Shown here in pieces: positions 37,365 through 50,260 of a DNA stretch of 64,000 bases. Numbering within the stretch: the first letter of the stretch is position 1; every line of letters begins with the position of its first letter. This DNA is from Raja brachyura (lineage: Eukaryota). The stretch is from contig OY740813.1 of the NCBI GenBank assembly GCA_963514005.1, positions 14,818,001 through 14,882,000 of the forward strand. The letters are read 5' to 3'. Below the pieces are notes generated by a model. The model had not been told where the DNA came from. It did not search any database and saw nothing but the letters and a program-made list of their open reading frames with translations. The position numbers were made by a program, and so were the translations under genes.

Positions 37365-37489
37365 CTGAAACAAAGGGAACAAAAAGAACTTAGTTAAGAT
37401 ATTATTACATGTAGAACAAGAGATCGCTATTTAGCACTTCAACCCTCTTCCTTCACCAGACTATTCAAAAGTACAAACATTACGGTCAA

Positions 37490-38302
37490 TATAACCATAT
37501 AACCATATAACAATTACAGCACAGAAACAGGCCATCTCGGCCCTTCAAGTCCATGCCGAACAACTTTTTTCCCTTAGTCCCACCTGCATGCACTCATACC
37601 ATAACCGTCCATACCCTTCTCATCCATATGCCTATCCAATTTATTTTTAAATGATACCAACGAACCTGCCGCCACCACTTTCACTGGAAGCTCATTCCAC
37701 ACCGCTACCACTCTCTGAGTAAAGAAGTTCCCCCTCATGTTACCCCTAAACCTCTGTCCCTTAATTCTAAAGTCATGTCCCCTTGTTTGAATCTTCCCTA
37801 TTCTCAAAGGGAAAAGCTTGTCCACATCAACTCTGTCTATCCCTCTCATCATTTTAAAGACCTCTATCAAGTCCCCCCTTAACCTTCTGCGCTCCAGAGA
37901 ATAAAGACCTAACTTATTCAACCTATCTCTGTAACTTAGCTGTTGAAACCCAGGCAACATTCTAGTAAATCTCCTCTGTACCCTCTCTATTTTGTTGACA
38001 TCCTTCCTATAATTGGGCAACAAAAATTGTACACCATACTCCAGATTTGGTCTCACCAATGCCTTGTACAATTTTAACATTACATCCCAGCTTCTATACT
38101 CAATGCTCTGATTTATAAAGGCTAGCATACCAAAAGCTTTCTTTACCACCCCATCTATATGAGATTCCACCTTCAAGGAACTATGCACGGTTATTCCCAG
38201 ATCCCTCTGTTCAACTGTATTCTTCAATTACCTACCATTTACCATGTACGTCCTATTTTGATTTGTCCTGCCAAGGTGTAGCACCTCACATTTATCAGCA
38301 TT
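37490..38302 (-). mobile_element. young 5'-truncated HER1/CR1 LINE with uninterrupted 217 aa ORF2 C-terminus
   Basis: ORF 37574-38227 (RDLGITVH...LYKALVRPNLEY...FFTQRVVAVWNELP); (ATATGGTT)n tail. Confidence 0.93.
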
Positions 38303-38349
38303 ATCTATCTCTCTCACCACATTACTATGCATCCCATGAATTGTTCTGA

Positions 38350-38650
38350 GAGAGTGCTAGGCTTTCAAATGAGACACTAAGCAAGTACCTCATTGATCTT
38401 AATATGGGCACAAATGATCACATGCACATTACTTTAAAGAGCAGGCGAGTGTTTGCCAGAAGTCCTGAGTAATATTTACTGAACCAAACATCTCAGAAAA
38501 TCAGATCAGCTGGTTATTATCACATTGCAGACATTTGTTGTTACGTTACTTGTATGACAGCAGTCACTATCCCTCAGAAGTACTTGATCAGTTGTAACAT
38601 ATCTTAGAACAACCCATAACTGGAAAAAGTGCTATAGAGATCAAACCCTT
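38350..38650 (+). mobile_element. SacSINE1/AmnSINE1-like Deu-domain SINE, old
   Basis: ctttcaaatgagacactaa...gagcagg...gtcctg...aatattta...cagatcagctggttattatcacattgc and an L2-like tail. Confidence 0.6.
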
Positions 38651-38914
38651 TGTTTATTCACAATATTATGAATCCAACCAACTACATTACTCTAATATTT
38701 AGTTGATAGTGAAGAGATTATTAAAAAATGGAGTACATGGAGTTGGGGGAATGAAAGGCATGGACTGAGCCTTGGATAATGAACAAAAAACAGTGAGGAA
38801 ATAAAAAGGTCATTTTAGGCTCTAGAGTCTGTGTCCACATGGTTTGGACTTGGGAGCCCAGCTTTTTCACAATCTATATCAATGATCTGGACATGGGAAA
38901 TATGTACATTGTTA

Positions 38915-38948
<34 letters not shown>

Positions 38949-39020
38949 GTATATTTTATTGTCATTACACATAAGTGCAACGAGATTTGGTTTGCAACTT
39001 CGAGATTTCGGTTTGCAACC
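38915..39020 (-). mobile_element. tiny LINE 3' end with (TTA)n tail
   Basis: Minus aaatctcgttgcacttatgtgtaatgacaataaa + (tta)n; 20 bp tandem duplication at the 5' junction. Confidence 0.6.
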
Positions 39021-39356
39021 CCAAGAACAAGGCTTGTAAAAACGAACATTTGACCAGTAACATCAACACAGACTAAAGTAAACTTTGTAATGTTGATATT
39101 ACAAAGTTGGGTGACAGTGTAGATTGTGAGGAGGGCACATGGGCACTTCAGGGGGAATGTAGATAATGGTCAAGAACACCGTAGGAATACCATTTGGTCA
39201 TTCACTTTGTTAAAGCTGGAGTGTTCTTTAAATTATGAAAAATGTGGATCACTTCCCATGTCTCCAGAACCAATTCCTAGCAAAAACAGTCACTGATGAT
39301 GAAAATCAGTGCACCAGCACAGCCTCTGGGTGATTAAGGAAAAAGGCTTTTGAAGC

Positions 39357-39660
39357 TCGGCACAGTGGTGCAGTTGGCAGTGATGCTGCATCCCACGTTA
39401 TCGACCCAGGTTCAATCCTGACCATGGGTACTCTCTGTGTGGAGTTTGCACGTTCTCTGCGTAACCGCATGGATTTCCTCCAGGTACTGCACATTCCTCC
39501 CACTTCCGAAGAAGTGCGCGCTTGTAAGTTAATTAGCTTCTGTAAATTTCCCCTTAAATTCCTATAAAGAATGGAATGAGAAAGTGGGATGACATAGAAG
39601 TAGTGTGAACAAGAGATCTATGGTCAGTGTGAACTTGGTGGACCAAAGGGCCTGTTTTCA
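39357..39660 (+). mobile_element. HE1-type V-SINE
   Basis: ggcacagtggtgcag A box, ggttcaatcc B box, V-domain, tail gggcctgttt. Confidence 0.85.
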
Positions 39661-41325
39661 GAAGGTTTATAACAGAGGTACAAAAGGGTAGATGATCTAA
39701 TACCATTCCTTTCATACTATTACCCAAAGTGATAATCTTCAATTAAATCATAAGACTGAGTTTCAATGGGGAAAAAAGCTGCAAGGTATTAGAGAATAAC
39801 ACAACCATTACAAGATTAACAAGACCATTTCAAGCAGATTAGCCCTTCCAACACAAATTAAAACAGAAAACATTGGATAAACTCAGCAGGTCTGGCAGCC
39901 TTGATGGAAAGAAACAGAATTGACATTTCTGGCTAAAGACCCTTCGTTAGAACTGACTCCCAGCCCTTCTAACATCATGTACACATGCTTCGCTGAATAG
40001 CTTCCCCAGACCCATCTGGCTTATCCCTCCCAGCACTGATAAGAATCATCTCGATGCCCATCCCCCACCCCACATCTCTGCATCGATCAGTAAAGAAATA
40101 GAAATGTCAATTAATATCCAAATCCGACATCACATTTTCACAACATGACAGCAGAGAACAGAAACAATCGCCCAGAGAAGCACGGAACCCTGAGGGCAAG
40201 AGGGGTGAGGTAAACGCCGCATATTTTTTCCATAATTCTACTTTCAGAAACTGTGAAAACTCAACCCAAGGGCTATTTATAGCCTTTTGATGTTGCGCAG
40301 CCTTTTCTCATGAAGCTGCCTGTGTGATGTGCTGGGGCCACCATGCTATTAATTCAGGGCTTTACCATTGTGAGGAGGATTTCACCGCACCAGCCCCTAA
40401 CTGATGGTAATACTTTGTTTAAAATCTACCAACATCCTCTGGGATCACTATTCCGTGGGTCCCTGTTGGTTATTCAACTGCAGAAAGCAATTTGGTTATG
40501 TTTTTTTTTCTCATATTGTGTCCGTTCTTAACTGGAAACATTTCAGCTGGAAGTCATGGGATATTAATCAGAATGAGGAACTTTGGCTGAAATTCGTTCC
40601 CCTTGAAACCTCGAGCCCGGGGAGTGCATTAATAAATTACAGAAACTCCACTAAACCGCCTACCCACCCCTGCAGCGCACCCATTCTCCCCTTTATTTTT
40701 AGTTTTCTTTGTGTGAAATTTCAATTGTAGAAAACATGCATCTGTAATATCCTCAGCACATTTTAAGTTCTGATGTCACAGCAAAAGTCAGGGAATCCAA
40801 TTATTAGCTTGTGTGGATCATCTTTTGGTTGTGGGGGAAAAGCGAGCACTGAAAGATTCCCAGCGTTTAGCCTAGCCTTCGGGGAGACGATGAGAATTCA
40901 AAGGCTCTCAGGTATTTCTGGTCACATTCTGGGAGAGCATGTGGTGTTGGTAATGAGATGTCTGGTGCAGCTCAATAGCCAATCCCATGACTCAGTGACA
41001 TCTTAAAATAACAATCTGTCTGTGGAACCCCTGCTTTAAGGAAATGATGTCGTTTAAGAATGATGTTATATTTGCTTCTAATCTAGAGCTTTGAGGTTAA
41101 AAATGGAAAGCTGAAGTAAATTGAACGTTTTTTTTGGTTGGACCTCGCTTAAGGGTTAGGGCTTCTCCAGCTAGTTCTCATTAACCCTGACAGTGCCCCC
41201 TGTGTGAATCTGTCAAACATCTGTATACACAAAGGAAAAGGTCATGGGAAGGGAAATGCTGCTGCACACCTCCCTGCTATGATTAAAAACATTCATATAA
41301 AAAGGGCTCATAATGAACCCAGCAT

Positions 41326-41740
41326 TTGGTCACCCTGTTACCAAACGGGGTACTGATTGGGGATGATCAGCCATGATCACATTGAATGGCGGTGCTGGCT
41401 CGAAGGGCCGAATGGCTTACTCCTGCACCTATTGTCTATTGTCTATTGTTATAGGAAAGATGCCATTAGGCTAGAAAGATTACAGAGAAGATTTATGAAG
41501 ATGTTGCCAGGACCTGAGGGCCTGAACTATGGCAAGGGGATAAGCAGGGTAGGAATTTATTCCTCGGAGTGTGCAGTTAAGATTTAATAGGAACCTGAGG
41601 GGCAACTATTTTGGATGTGGTGGATATATGGAACAAGCCACCAGATGAACTAGTTGAAGCAGGTATAATGACAATATTTAAAAAAAACATTTGGACAAAT
41701 ATATGGATAGGAAAGGTTTAAAGGGATATGAGCTAAAAGC
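41326..41740 (+). mobile_element. CR1 fragment interrupted by a short HER1 3' tail (about 41341-41446, TGTTA duplicated)
   Basis: Host tggtcaccctgtta|taggaaagatg is reconstituted on removal of the insert; RLERLQRRFMKMLPG. Confidence 0.75.
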
Positions 41741-43515
41741 AGCAAATGGGACTAGCTCAGATGGAGTATGGACAAGTTGTTTCACTGCTATATGGCTAGA
41801 ATTGACCGGGCAGCTATTATCCTCTGACTTCCAGATGAAATCCTTTACATCTTCAGATCATTCAGGAACCCCTCTCAGCTCATGAAACATATTTCCTATT
41901 GTGATTTAGGAGAAATTACAGTCTCTTATAGAACTATGGGCTCCAGAATATAACACGGTGCTAAAAAAACCCATTCCTTTTGAGGGATAAATGTAGCGAG
42001 GAATATGTTCCTGCAAGGTCTGATTCCTTATTCAAATAGTTGCACCCTCAATAAACAGCAGCATTTAGATTCTGTGCAGAGACATCACCCTAGATTATGT
42101 GCTCAGGGAATGAACTGAGGCCTCAATCTTGTGAGCCAGAGGTGCTAACCATTCTCTCAAAACTGCTACTTTAAATGGCTGCCTAAATTCCTCACAGTCA
42201 ATATCACACTGATCTGAAATTCAACCATTCAGTTAAGTACAAACAAGTTAAAGAGAGGGCTAATTCATAGACAATCCTTTGTGCACAAAGCTATATATTT
42301 TGGCAATAATTTAGCAATAATTCTTCCTGTATCACTCATGCAGCAATATCATTGAATCTCTCACTCTCTAAGACAGTGTGAAAATAATGATGCAGGTCGA
42401 TTTCAATTTTGCATAAAATGACTACATAATATGAATCAAGGTGCAATCAGAATCAAAAACTGCACCCATGGATGTTAAAATTTCATGCCCAAACGAATGG
42501 GATATTCGATAAAATAATTAACATTTGACAGAACTGTATGTAATGTTAATGTTTCAGCATTACACACCTAGTGTAAAATCCTGCTGTGCAATGCCTCAGT
42601 GTGCAACTAGATGACAACATTGTATCATGGAGTATTCTGTTCCTGTGTCATTCACACTGTGCCATGGGTCCAGTCCCAGTACACACTATATTATAACATT
42701 GTGGATTAGGGAGTAAAATGTCCCAATGAAAGTTATGCCATATACATTGTACTGTTGAATATCCTGTCCTAATGTATATTATATAGGCAGTGCATTATCC
42801 CAGTGTATTACAGTGCAGCTCACTAGATTATTAAAGTACTTTTTGAGCATTTGCATGGTGATTAAAACCTAGCAGCTTCTAAATTTGTTACTGGCTTATT
42901 GCAGTAAATGGCATTCTTCTGATAACTCAATACCATATTCAGGTCTAAATATTTTCAATTATCTAAGTTTGAACAAACCACATAATTTTCAAAATTAGCT
43001 GGACAATTACAAGAAAATTTGATATTTTGTAATAAAATCTGTTTCATTTAGTAGAATTTACATTTGTGTATAATTGATGTGGTTCTATGTAATACCCATA
43101 TGTATGTTTACATAATAAATGATGAGACCGAGAATTATTGATTATTTGCAAAGATAGTGGATATTGCAATTTATGTCCCCGGGCATTTAACCCATGTTAT
43201 TAGGCATAATATTCTGCATCTACTTGAATTTTATAACCATTCACACACTTATAATATCGTGGGCATGTTAACAATCCAATAGACATTAAGTAGCACACTA
43301 TATATAAATTATAGTATAATTGTACATGATGCAAGTTAAAGGTGACCCTTTGACTTGTAAAAAAATGTTTGAAGTGATTTATTCTAAACAATCTGTAATC
43401 AGAAAGTGCTGTTCCCAGTTTCCTTACCACATGAGTCACATTGTAATGTAATTGAAGTGGAATTTTGTTGTAAATATTGGAGGCCAAGCTAGGAGAGTGT
43501 GCAAGCCCTTGAAGC

Positions 43516-43533
43516 CAGCGCCATCTAGCTGAT
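43516..43533 (-). promoter_or_regulatory. CTCF-like motif
   Basis: Minus strand CAGCTAGATGGCGCTG, 11/12 match to the CCRSYAGRKGGC core. Confidence 0.4.
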
Positions 43534-43864
43534 CTCTCTCAAGTTCTCTGGGCACCAGCTGTCCCCAGCAGGATAATCACCAGAAGTACATTTCTTGGCT
43601 TGCAAAACAGCTGCAAACACATTCCAACGACATACTTACCACGTTTACAAAACAGCACATTGCCTCATAATGAACCCAGCATTAGGAAACTCAGCCGTTG
43701 CAATCTATATCAGTCCCCGGACGTTTGTCTATTGAGCTAATACTTAGATAAAAAAGCAATTTCTAAATTTACATATTTTTTTTCATTACTGGATTTACTT
43801 TTGACTATTTTTGGTCAACCACGGAGAACTAACTCTATTAGCAGGGAGGCTAGCTGGAAATGAA

Positions 43865-44150
43865 TCACATTCTGACGGAAGGAATACTGCACTGTTAGAG
43901 ATTTTCATGAGATGTTATACTGAGACCCCCCTTCTCAATTGGACATAAAGAATCTCACAGTTCTCCCCCATACCTTGGAGAATATGTATCACTGAACTAA
44001 CCTCAAACGAAATAAAGATATTATCTCTTTGCTGTTAGTGGAGCTTGCTGTGAGCAATTTTGGCTGCACACTTTCTTTAAATAATGGAAATTCTTCAAAA
44101 TATTCTGATGTGTTTTTGGATGACTTGAGATGATGTGCAAGTTCTTTCTT
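43865..44150 (+). mobile_element. SacSINE1/Deu-domain SINE, old
   Basis: tactgcactgtt...gagatgtta...ttgctgtt.gtggagcttgctgtgagcaattttggctgc. Confidence 0.6.
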
Positions 44151-47100
44151 TGTCAACCATTACTATTTATTTCCTCTTACAAGGTGAGAATGACAGGCCA
44201 AATTTAATCACAGATCTGATCTCGGTCATTAAGAATTGGCCTCAACTTTGACATTTGATTACGGATGGAACCCCAATAGATTTCTACTCTTGCCCTAAAT
44301 GACAACAGATAGCCTGTAAGTGCACAAAAGCAGTAAATGCCGATAATCAGGCAGCATCTATGAAAAGGGAGAGAGCGAAGGTGCTCTGTCAACTGCAGAA
44401 GGGAAAGCCACGGTCAAGGATATCTCAAGGACATCTGTGCGGAAAGTCCCGTCATCAGGGCAGTTGGAAACAGAGGAACCATTTGAGAGAATGAAATGGA
44501 GTCCTTTCACGGTGCAGGTTGGGAGGAAGGGCAAGTGATCAAAACACAACGTGTTGGAGGAACTCAACAGGTCAACCAGCATCTGTGGAGGGAATGGACA
44601 GACAATGTTTCCAGTTGGGATCCTTCTTCAGACAGAATACAATTGAAATAGTTGTGAAAGTCTATGGACCTGTAATGGGGGTTGGTTTATTCATATTTGA
44701 ATACGATATTAAAGGAAGCCATTTGGCCAATCAATCACGTTCACAAGAGGTTATTTCCCTGTAACCTATTCCCTCCCACATTTCCATCAACTCCACCCTA
44801 ATTCTATGACCATCTTCATCAGGGTAAGGTACAGTTACTATTGAACACACCAGCCAGTTGTGGGAGGAAACCAGGGAACCTAGAGCAAATCTGGGTTCAA
44901 CCAGACAATTTTATAAATAGCAGAATCACCGCAGCAATCTGAACATCACTCTATTACTGACCCACAGGCTCTGAAATTTCAATTTAATTTGTTCCTTGCT
45001 TGCCCTATTCTGATGAAGAGGCTTTGACATCAGATGCTGCTTGCCCTTCTGAGTATTTTCAGCATTTTCTGTTTTTTATTTCAGATTTGCAGGTTTGTTT
45101 TGAGTTTCAGTCTTTGAACATCCTTGGGATGAGTATCCCTGGTCCACAGTGCAAATGGAAAATTAAAATACTGGATTGAGAATGTACTCAGTGAAAAACT
45201 ATTTTAAATATCCCATCATTCAGTGTGCTCCAATGCCCAACTCAAAATATGACTCCACTATCAGCAGAGCTTTCGTACTGTGGTGGGCAATGTAATTCTG
45301 GCCCACTGGGTGGTGCTGGTCAGTATATGCTAGAGCAGAAATGTCTGGGGAACATCAGATCGGAAGATGGGACTGGCCATTCAGCTTTTCACCACAGCTC
45401 TGCCACTGATAAAGTTGATATTTTACCCCAGTGTCACAATCCTGCACTGACCACGTATTGTTTTGAACTACAGCACTTTCAAACTCACACCAATTAAAAA
45501 ATACACTGCCTTCCTATATTTTCTATACTCAATAAGGGACTTAGCGAACATCATAGGAAATCCTAAATTGCTGCTGGAAATAACAAAATGAGACTTGTAG
45601 TAAGTTGAATGTCAAATGAATCTGCTGCTCAGGAGCATTAGGGAGTACAAATTGCAAGTGGAAGAGTTGCAGATAATGTTTGTTATTTATTGTCACCATT
45701 GTCTATTTATCCTTTTATCCTTTTTACCCATTTTATCCATGTTTATCCTTCTGTTAATTATCGTGTTGCACAGGGAGCCAAATGCAACGGAATTTCGTTT
45801 GGAACTGCATATATCGATGTATTTCTAAATGACAATAAAGTTTGTTTGACTTTGACTTTGTTATTATCCTGTCTGTTGGTGATGCAGGCTGCAGTTTCAA
45901 TATACCAGTAATAGCATGGGTTGACATCGATTCCAGTGGCAGAGAGTATTCCTAATGGCAAGAATGCCATTGCGCTGCCAAGACGTTGCAGTCAGGCCAG
46001 CGATGTGTGTTGTATTTTTCTCCAGTTCTTAGTTCTATAAATGGTTGGGAGCCTTTGAGCAGTTGGGAATGAGACATTATCACAGAATTCCCAAATTTGG
46101 TTGAGACAAAAGTGACTGATATGGGCGTGTTTGTTTCCCATAATCCTGAAAACGATGGAGGGTGAATTGTGGACACTGCTCATGAACAAGTCTCCCAGGG
46201 GAGGGCTTTTCATAAGCAGCTGTTCACAGAATCCAATGGCGTTCCAAAGAGCGAAGTAGGCTTACACTGTACATCTTTCCCTCTGGAACATTGCAGAATT
46301 TGGAGCAATTCAGTTGGCCTTGTCATTTCTGCAACTCTCATGTGATTCTGACGTGACAAGCAGCTAACTCTACTTTTTACAAACAAAACCCTGCCATTAA
46401 GCCAAGACAGGAGACTTGCAGATATTGGAATTTAAGGAAAAAAAAGTTCTGGAGGAACTCAGTAACTCTGGAAGAACTAACTCAGCATCGAGGGGTAAAA
46501 TGCAGAGACAATGCTTTGGGTTAGGACCCTTCTTCAGACTAATAGGAACCGAGGTGGGGGTGGGGTAAAGATTGGCAAGAAGTGGAGGAGGGGAGAGGGT
46601 TGGCAGGGCGTGACAGGCTCTGCACCACATTAGTGCATGAGGCCTCAAAGGTCGACTCTACGAGGCCTGGTTTGAACTTTGCTGTACAAATATAGGCTGT
46701 GCAGAGAGAGAAAAGCTTGCAAGGCACACAGTGCAGGAACCTCCTGGCAAATTGCATTAGATCCCTTTAACTTGTAAAAACACCATCCTCCCTCTCTTGT
46801 TCTGGATAGCAGTCTGTGTTTTGCAAAGTATAAGGCAGCCCTGCAGGGGAAGGTTATTTGTATCTCTGACAGGAAACTGTTTCACCCTTCAAACCTAAAC
46901 AGATTGTACACTCAAATGCGATATCTGTTTTCAGATTTCCGTTGCCTGCAACTGTTTTTTTGAATATAGAAATATAAATTTAGAGCTGAAACTGTTGTCT
47001 GCCATTCCCTTTGATTCCCTTGTTTTTGGAGACACTGGTATTTAATAGCAGGAAGAAAGACAAGCATTTAACAGCACACAGTGGCTCTCGGGTTTACCTG

Positions 47101-47158
47101 AAAGATACAGCCACAGTGAAGCGCATATTAGTTGTAAAGGAGGGATGTGGCTCACCAC

Positions 47159-47446
47159 ACATTTTGCATAGGAAGCCTCCACAAATAATAATGTGGTAAA
47201 TGCAAGGTGGACAAAAATGCTGGAGAACTCAGCGGGTGAGGCAGCATCTATGGAGCGAAGGAAATAGGCAACGTTTTGGGTCGAAACCCTTCTTCTGACT
47301 GAGAAGGTCTGAAAAAGTGTTTCAACCCGAAACGTTGCCTATTTCCTCGCTCCATAGATGCTGCCTCACCCGCTGAGTTCTCCAGCATTTTTGTCTACCT
47401 TGCATTTACCACATTGTTATTTGTGGAGGCTTCCTATGCAAAATGT
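47159..47446. mobile_element. Penelope-derived fold-back insertion whose inverted repeat extends about 48 bp beyond the family ends
   Basis: About 140 bp arms with few mismatches and opposed, partly mutated hammerhead boxes. Confidence 0.85.
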
Positions 47447-48420
47447 ACAGGGTACAGAGAAGATTCACCAGACTGATTCCTGGGATGGCAGGACTTCCAT
47501 ATGAAGAAAGACTGGATAGACTCGGCTTGTACTCGCTAGGATTTAGAAGATTGAGGGGGGATCTTATAGAAACTTACAAGATTCTTAAGGGGTTGGACAG
47601 GCTAGATGCAGGAAGATTGTTCCCGATGTTGGGGAAGTCCAGAACACGGGGTCACGGTTTAAGGATAAGGGGGAAGTCTTTTAGGACCGAGATGAGAAAA
47701 ACATTTTTCACACAGAGTGGTGAATCTGTGGAATTCTCTGTCACAGAAGGTAATTGAGGCTAGTTCATTGGCTATATTTAACAGGGAGTCAGATGTGGCC
47801 CTTGTGACTAAAGCATCAGGGGGTATAGAGAGAAGGCAGGTACAGGATGCTGAGTTGGATGATCAGCCATGATCATATTGAATGGCGGTGCAGGCTCGAA
47901 GGGCCGAATGGCCTACTCCTGCCGCTATTTTCTATGTTTCTTTGTTTCTACAAAGCAGGACACATATTAGCAAAAGTGTTGGACAGAACAGTGGTGGCAA
48001 ATGGAATTGAATCCAAACAAGTATGAAGTATTGCACTTTGGAAAGTCAGATTCTGGGAGAATTTACGGAGTAAATGTCAGACACCTTAGAAGCATTGAAG
48101 TACAGAGAATCCTTGAGGTACAAGTCCATAGCTCGCTGAAAGTGGTGACGCAGGTGGATGGGGTAGCAATAAAGCCATTTGATACGTTTACCTTCATAGG
48201 CTGGACATTGAGTATCAGAGTTGGGATGTCATGTGTAGCTGTACAAAACATTGCTTCGGCCACACCTAGAATACCGTATACAGATATGGTTGCCACACTG
48301 AAGGAACAATGTAATAGCAATAGCTCGAATGCAGAAGTCATTAAGCAGGATGTTGCCTCGAATGGAAGATTGTACTTAAAAGGAGAGATTAGAAAACCTA
48401 TGTTTATTGCTTTTCTGTAA
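47443..48420 (+). mobile_element. two adjacent CR1/HER1 fragments (young 47443-47950; older 47980-48420)
   Basis: VQRRFTRLIPGM...RGDLIETYKIL; MELNPNKYEVLHFGK. Confidence 0.85.
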
Positions 48421-49060
48421 ATGATCCCTCCTTGGGTTGCCAACTCTGCTTCCATTTTATCCTGGTGGTTTCCTGACTCCTGACTCTAACTGCCCTACAC
48501 ATCCATCATTGGTTTCCCAACATGTCCGGAGTCCATTTTCCCTGCCCAATTGGAAAACAGGTAGCCTGTTCTTTCCCCAATGGATTATTTCATATATCAG
48601 TCAGTCTATTGTCCCCATCTCTAACATTGATTATAACCAACAGAAAATATAAGGACACTATTATCCTATCATTTCCCCCTGATTAGTTATGTCAGCTTCC
48701 AAAGAGTTAGTCTTTAAATCTCAAAAGGCAAGGCAATCCAAGAAGGTTTGCAACCCCAATCCAGAAGTAAATGTGGGAGACAGTCTGCATATGGAGTTTA
48801 GTCGTACATAATCAGCAGATGTTCTCTCCGTCCTAAAGACCCGCTTGTTTCACCGAATGGACACACATCACAATGAATTGCAGTCTTGGAGTTACTCAGT
48901 TTGGAAACATTCCTTCGGCCCGCTGAGTCCACTCTGACAATCATACATCCTTCTGTAATCACATTTTATCCCGCTCAGGCTTTCATCAATTCCAGATTCC
49001 ACCCGCAGAGGACAATTTACAGCAGCCACAAATGACACTCAAATGTCGTTGCACATTGGT

Positions 49061-49132
49061 TCCTCATTGATATAGTGGTTAGTATCACCATCTATCTCGT
49101 GGGATACCCTGGTTCAATTCCCTGACAGGGTG
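49061..49132 (+). pseudogene. tRNA-Asp pseudogene (anticodon decayed GTC>ATC)
   Basis: 72 nt TCCTCATTGATATAGTGGTTAGTATC...GGTTCAATTCCCTGACAGGGTG is colinear with vertebrate tRNA-Asp-GTC, with A and B boxes recognisable, many CpG-decay changes and broken stems. Confidence 0.8.
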
Positions 49133-49194
49133 ATGGTTTTCACCAGAGAGCCAGGTTAAATCTTGGCCCGCGGTACTGTTCTGCATTGAATCTG

Positions 49195-50260
49195 CCCGCA
49201 ACTCCAGCAATCTTGGTGTTATCTGCAAGCTAACTGACCAACCCATCCACCTTTACATCCAAGTCATTTATATATAAACACAAACAACAGGGGTCCCAGC
49301 ACTGATCCCTGCAGAACTCCATTGGTCACAGACCTCCAGTCTGAATATTACCCTTCCACCACAACCCTCTGCCAGTTCTGAATCCACATAACCAAATCCT
49401 GTGCATTTTAATCGTCTAGATCAGTCTTCCATGGTGGACTTTATCAAACGCCTTACTAAAATCGATGTAGACAACTTCCACTGCCCTATCCTCATCAATC
49501 ATCTTCATCACCTCCGCTAAAAAATTGACCAAGTTAGTAAGACACAATTTGCCATGTACAAAGCCATGCTGACTGTCCCCAACTAATCCATTCTCCGTGT
49601 CATAGAACAGTACAACACAACAAAAGACCCTTCGGCCCAAAATTTCAGGCTGAACATGATGCCCAAACCAACTCTTATCAACCTGAACATAATCCATATC
49701 CCCCCATTCCCTGCATATCCATATGCCTCAGAAGCCTCATAACATATCTGCCTCAACTACCAACCATGACAGCGCGTTCAAGGCATTCATCACACTCACC
49801 AGGCACTCTGTGTAACATTACTTGCCCCACACATCTCCTTTACACTTTGCCTCTCTCACTTTAAAGCTATGTCCTGCAGTATTTGTTTTTTTTCCACCCT
49901 GAGAAAAAGGTACTGAGTGTCTGCTCTCTCTCTGCCTCTCATAATTTTATACACTGGGGTCAGGTCTCCCTGCAACCTAGAGAAAACGATCCAAGTCTGT
50001 CCAACCTCTCCCAGTGGCTAATACCCTCTAATCCAGGCATTATTCTGGTAAAGCTCCTCTCTACACGTTCCAGAGCATCCACATCTTTACTGCAATGGAG
50101 CGACCAGAACTGCAAGCAATATTCCAAATATAGCCCAACAAATGTCCGATAAAGCTGCATCATGACATCCTGACCCTTGTACTCAATGCCTCAACCAATT
50201 AAGCCAAGCATATTATATGCCTTCTTTAACACTCTATCTACTTGAGTTGCCACTTTCAAG
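49195..50260 (-). mobile_element. CR1/HER1 RT and 3' fragments
   Basis: SQHGFVHGKLCLTNL...VYIDFSKAFDKVHHGRL; LYRTFVGLYLEYCLQFWS. Confidence 0.85.

Noticed and set aside
43634-43660. Minus-strand ATG...GTG|gtaagt mini-exon (MCCFVNV)
   Set aside because: The phase-0 end does not fit the phase-1 acceptor of exon 2 and the fitting frame has a stop; at most a non-coding exon.
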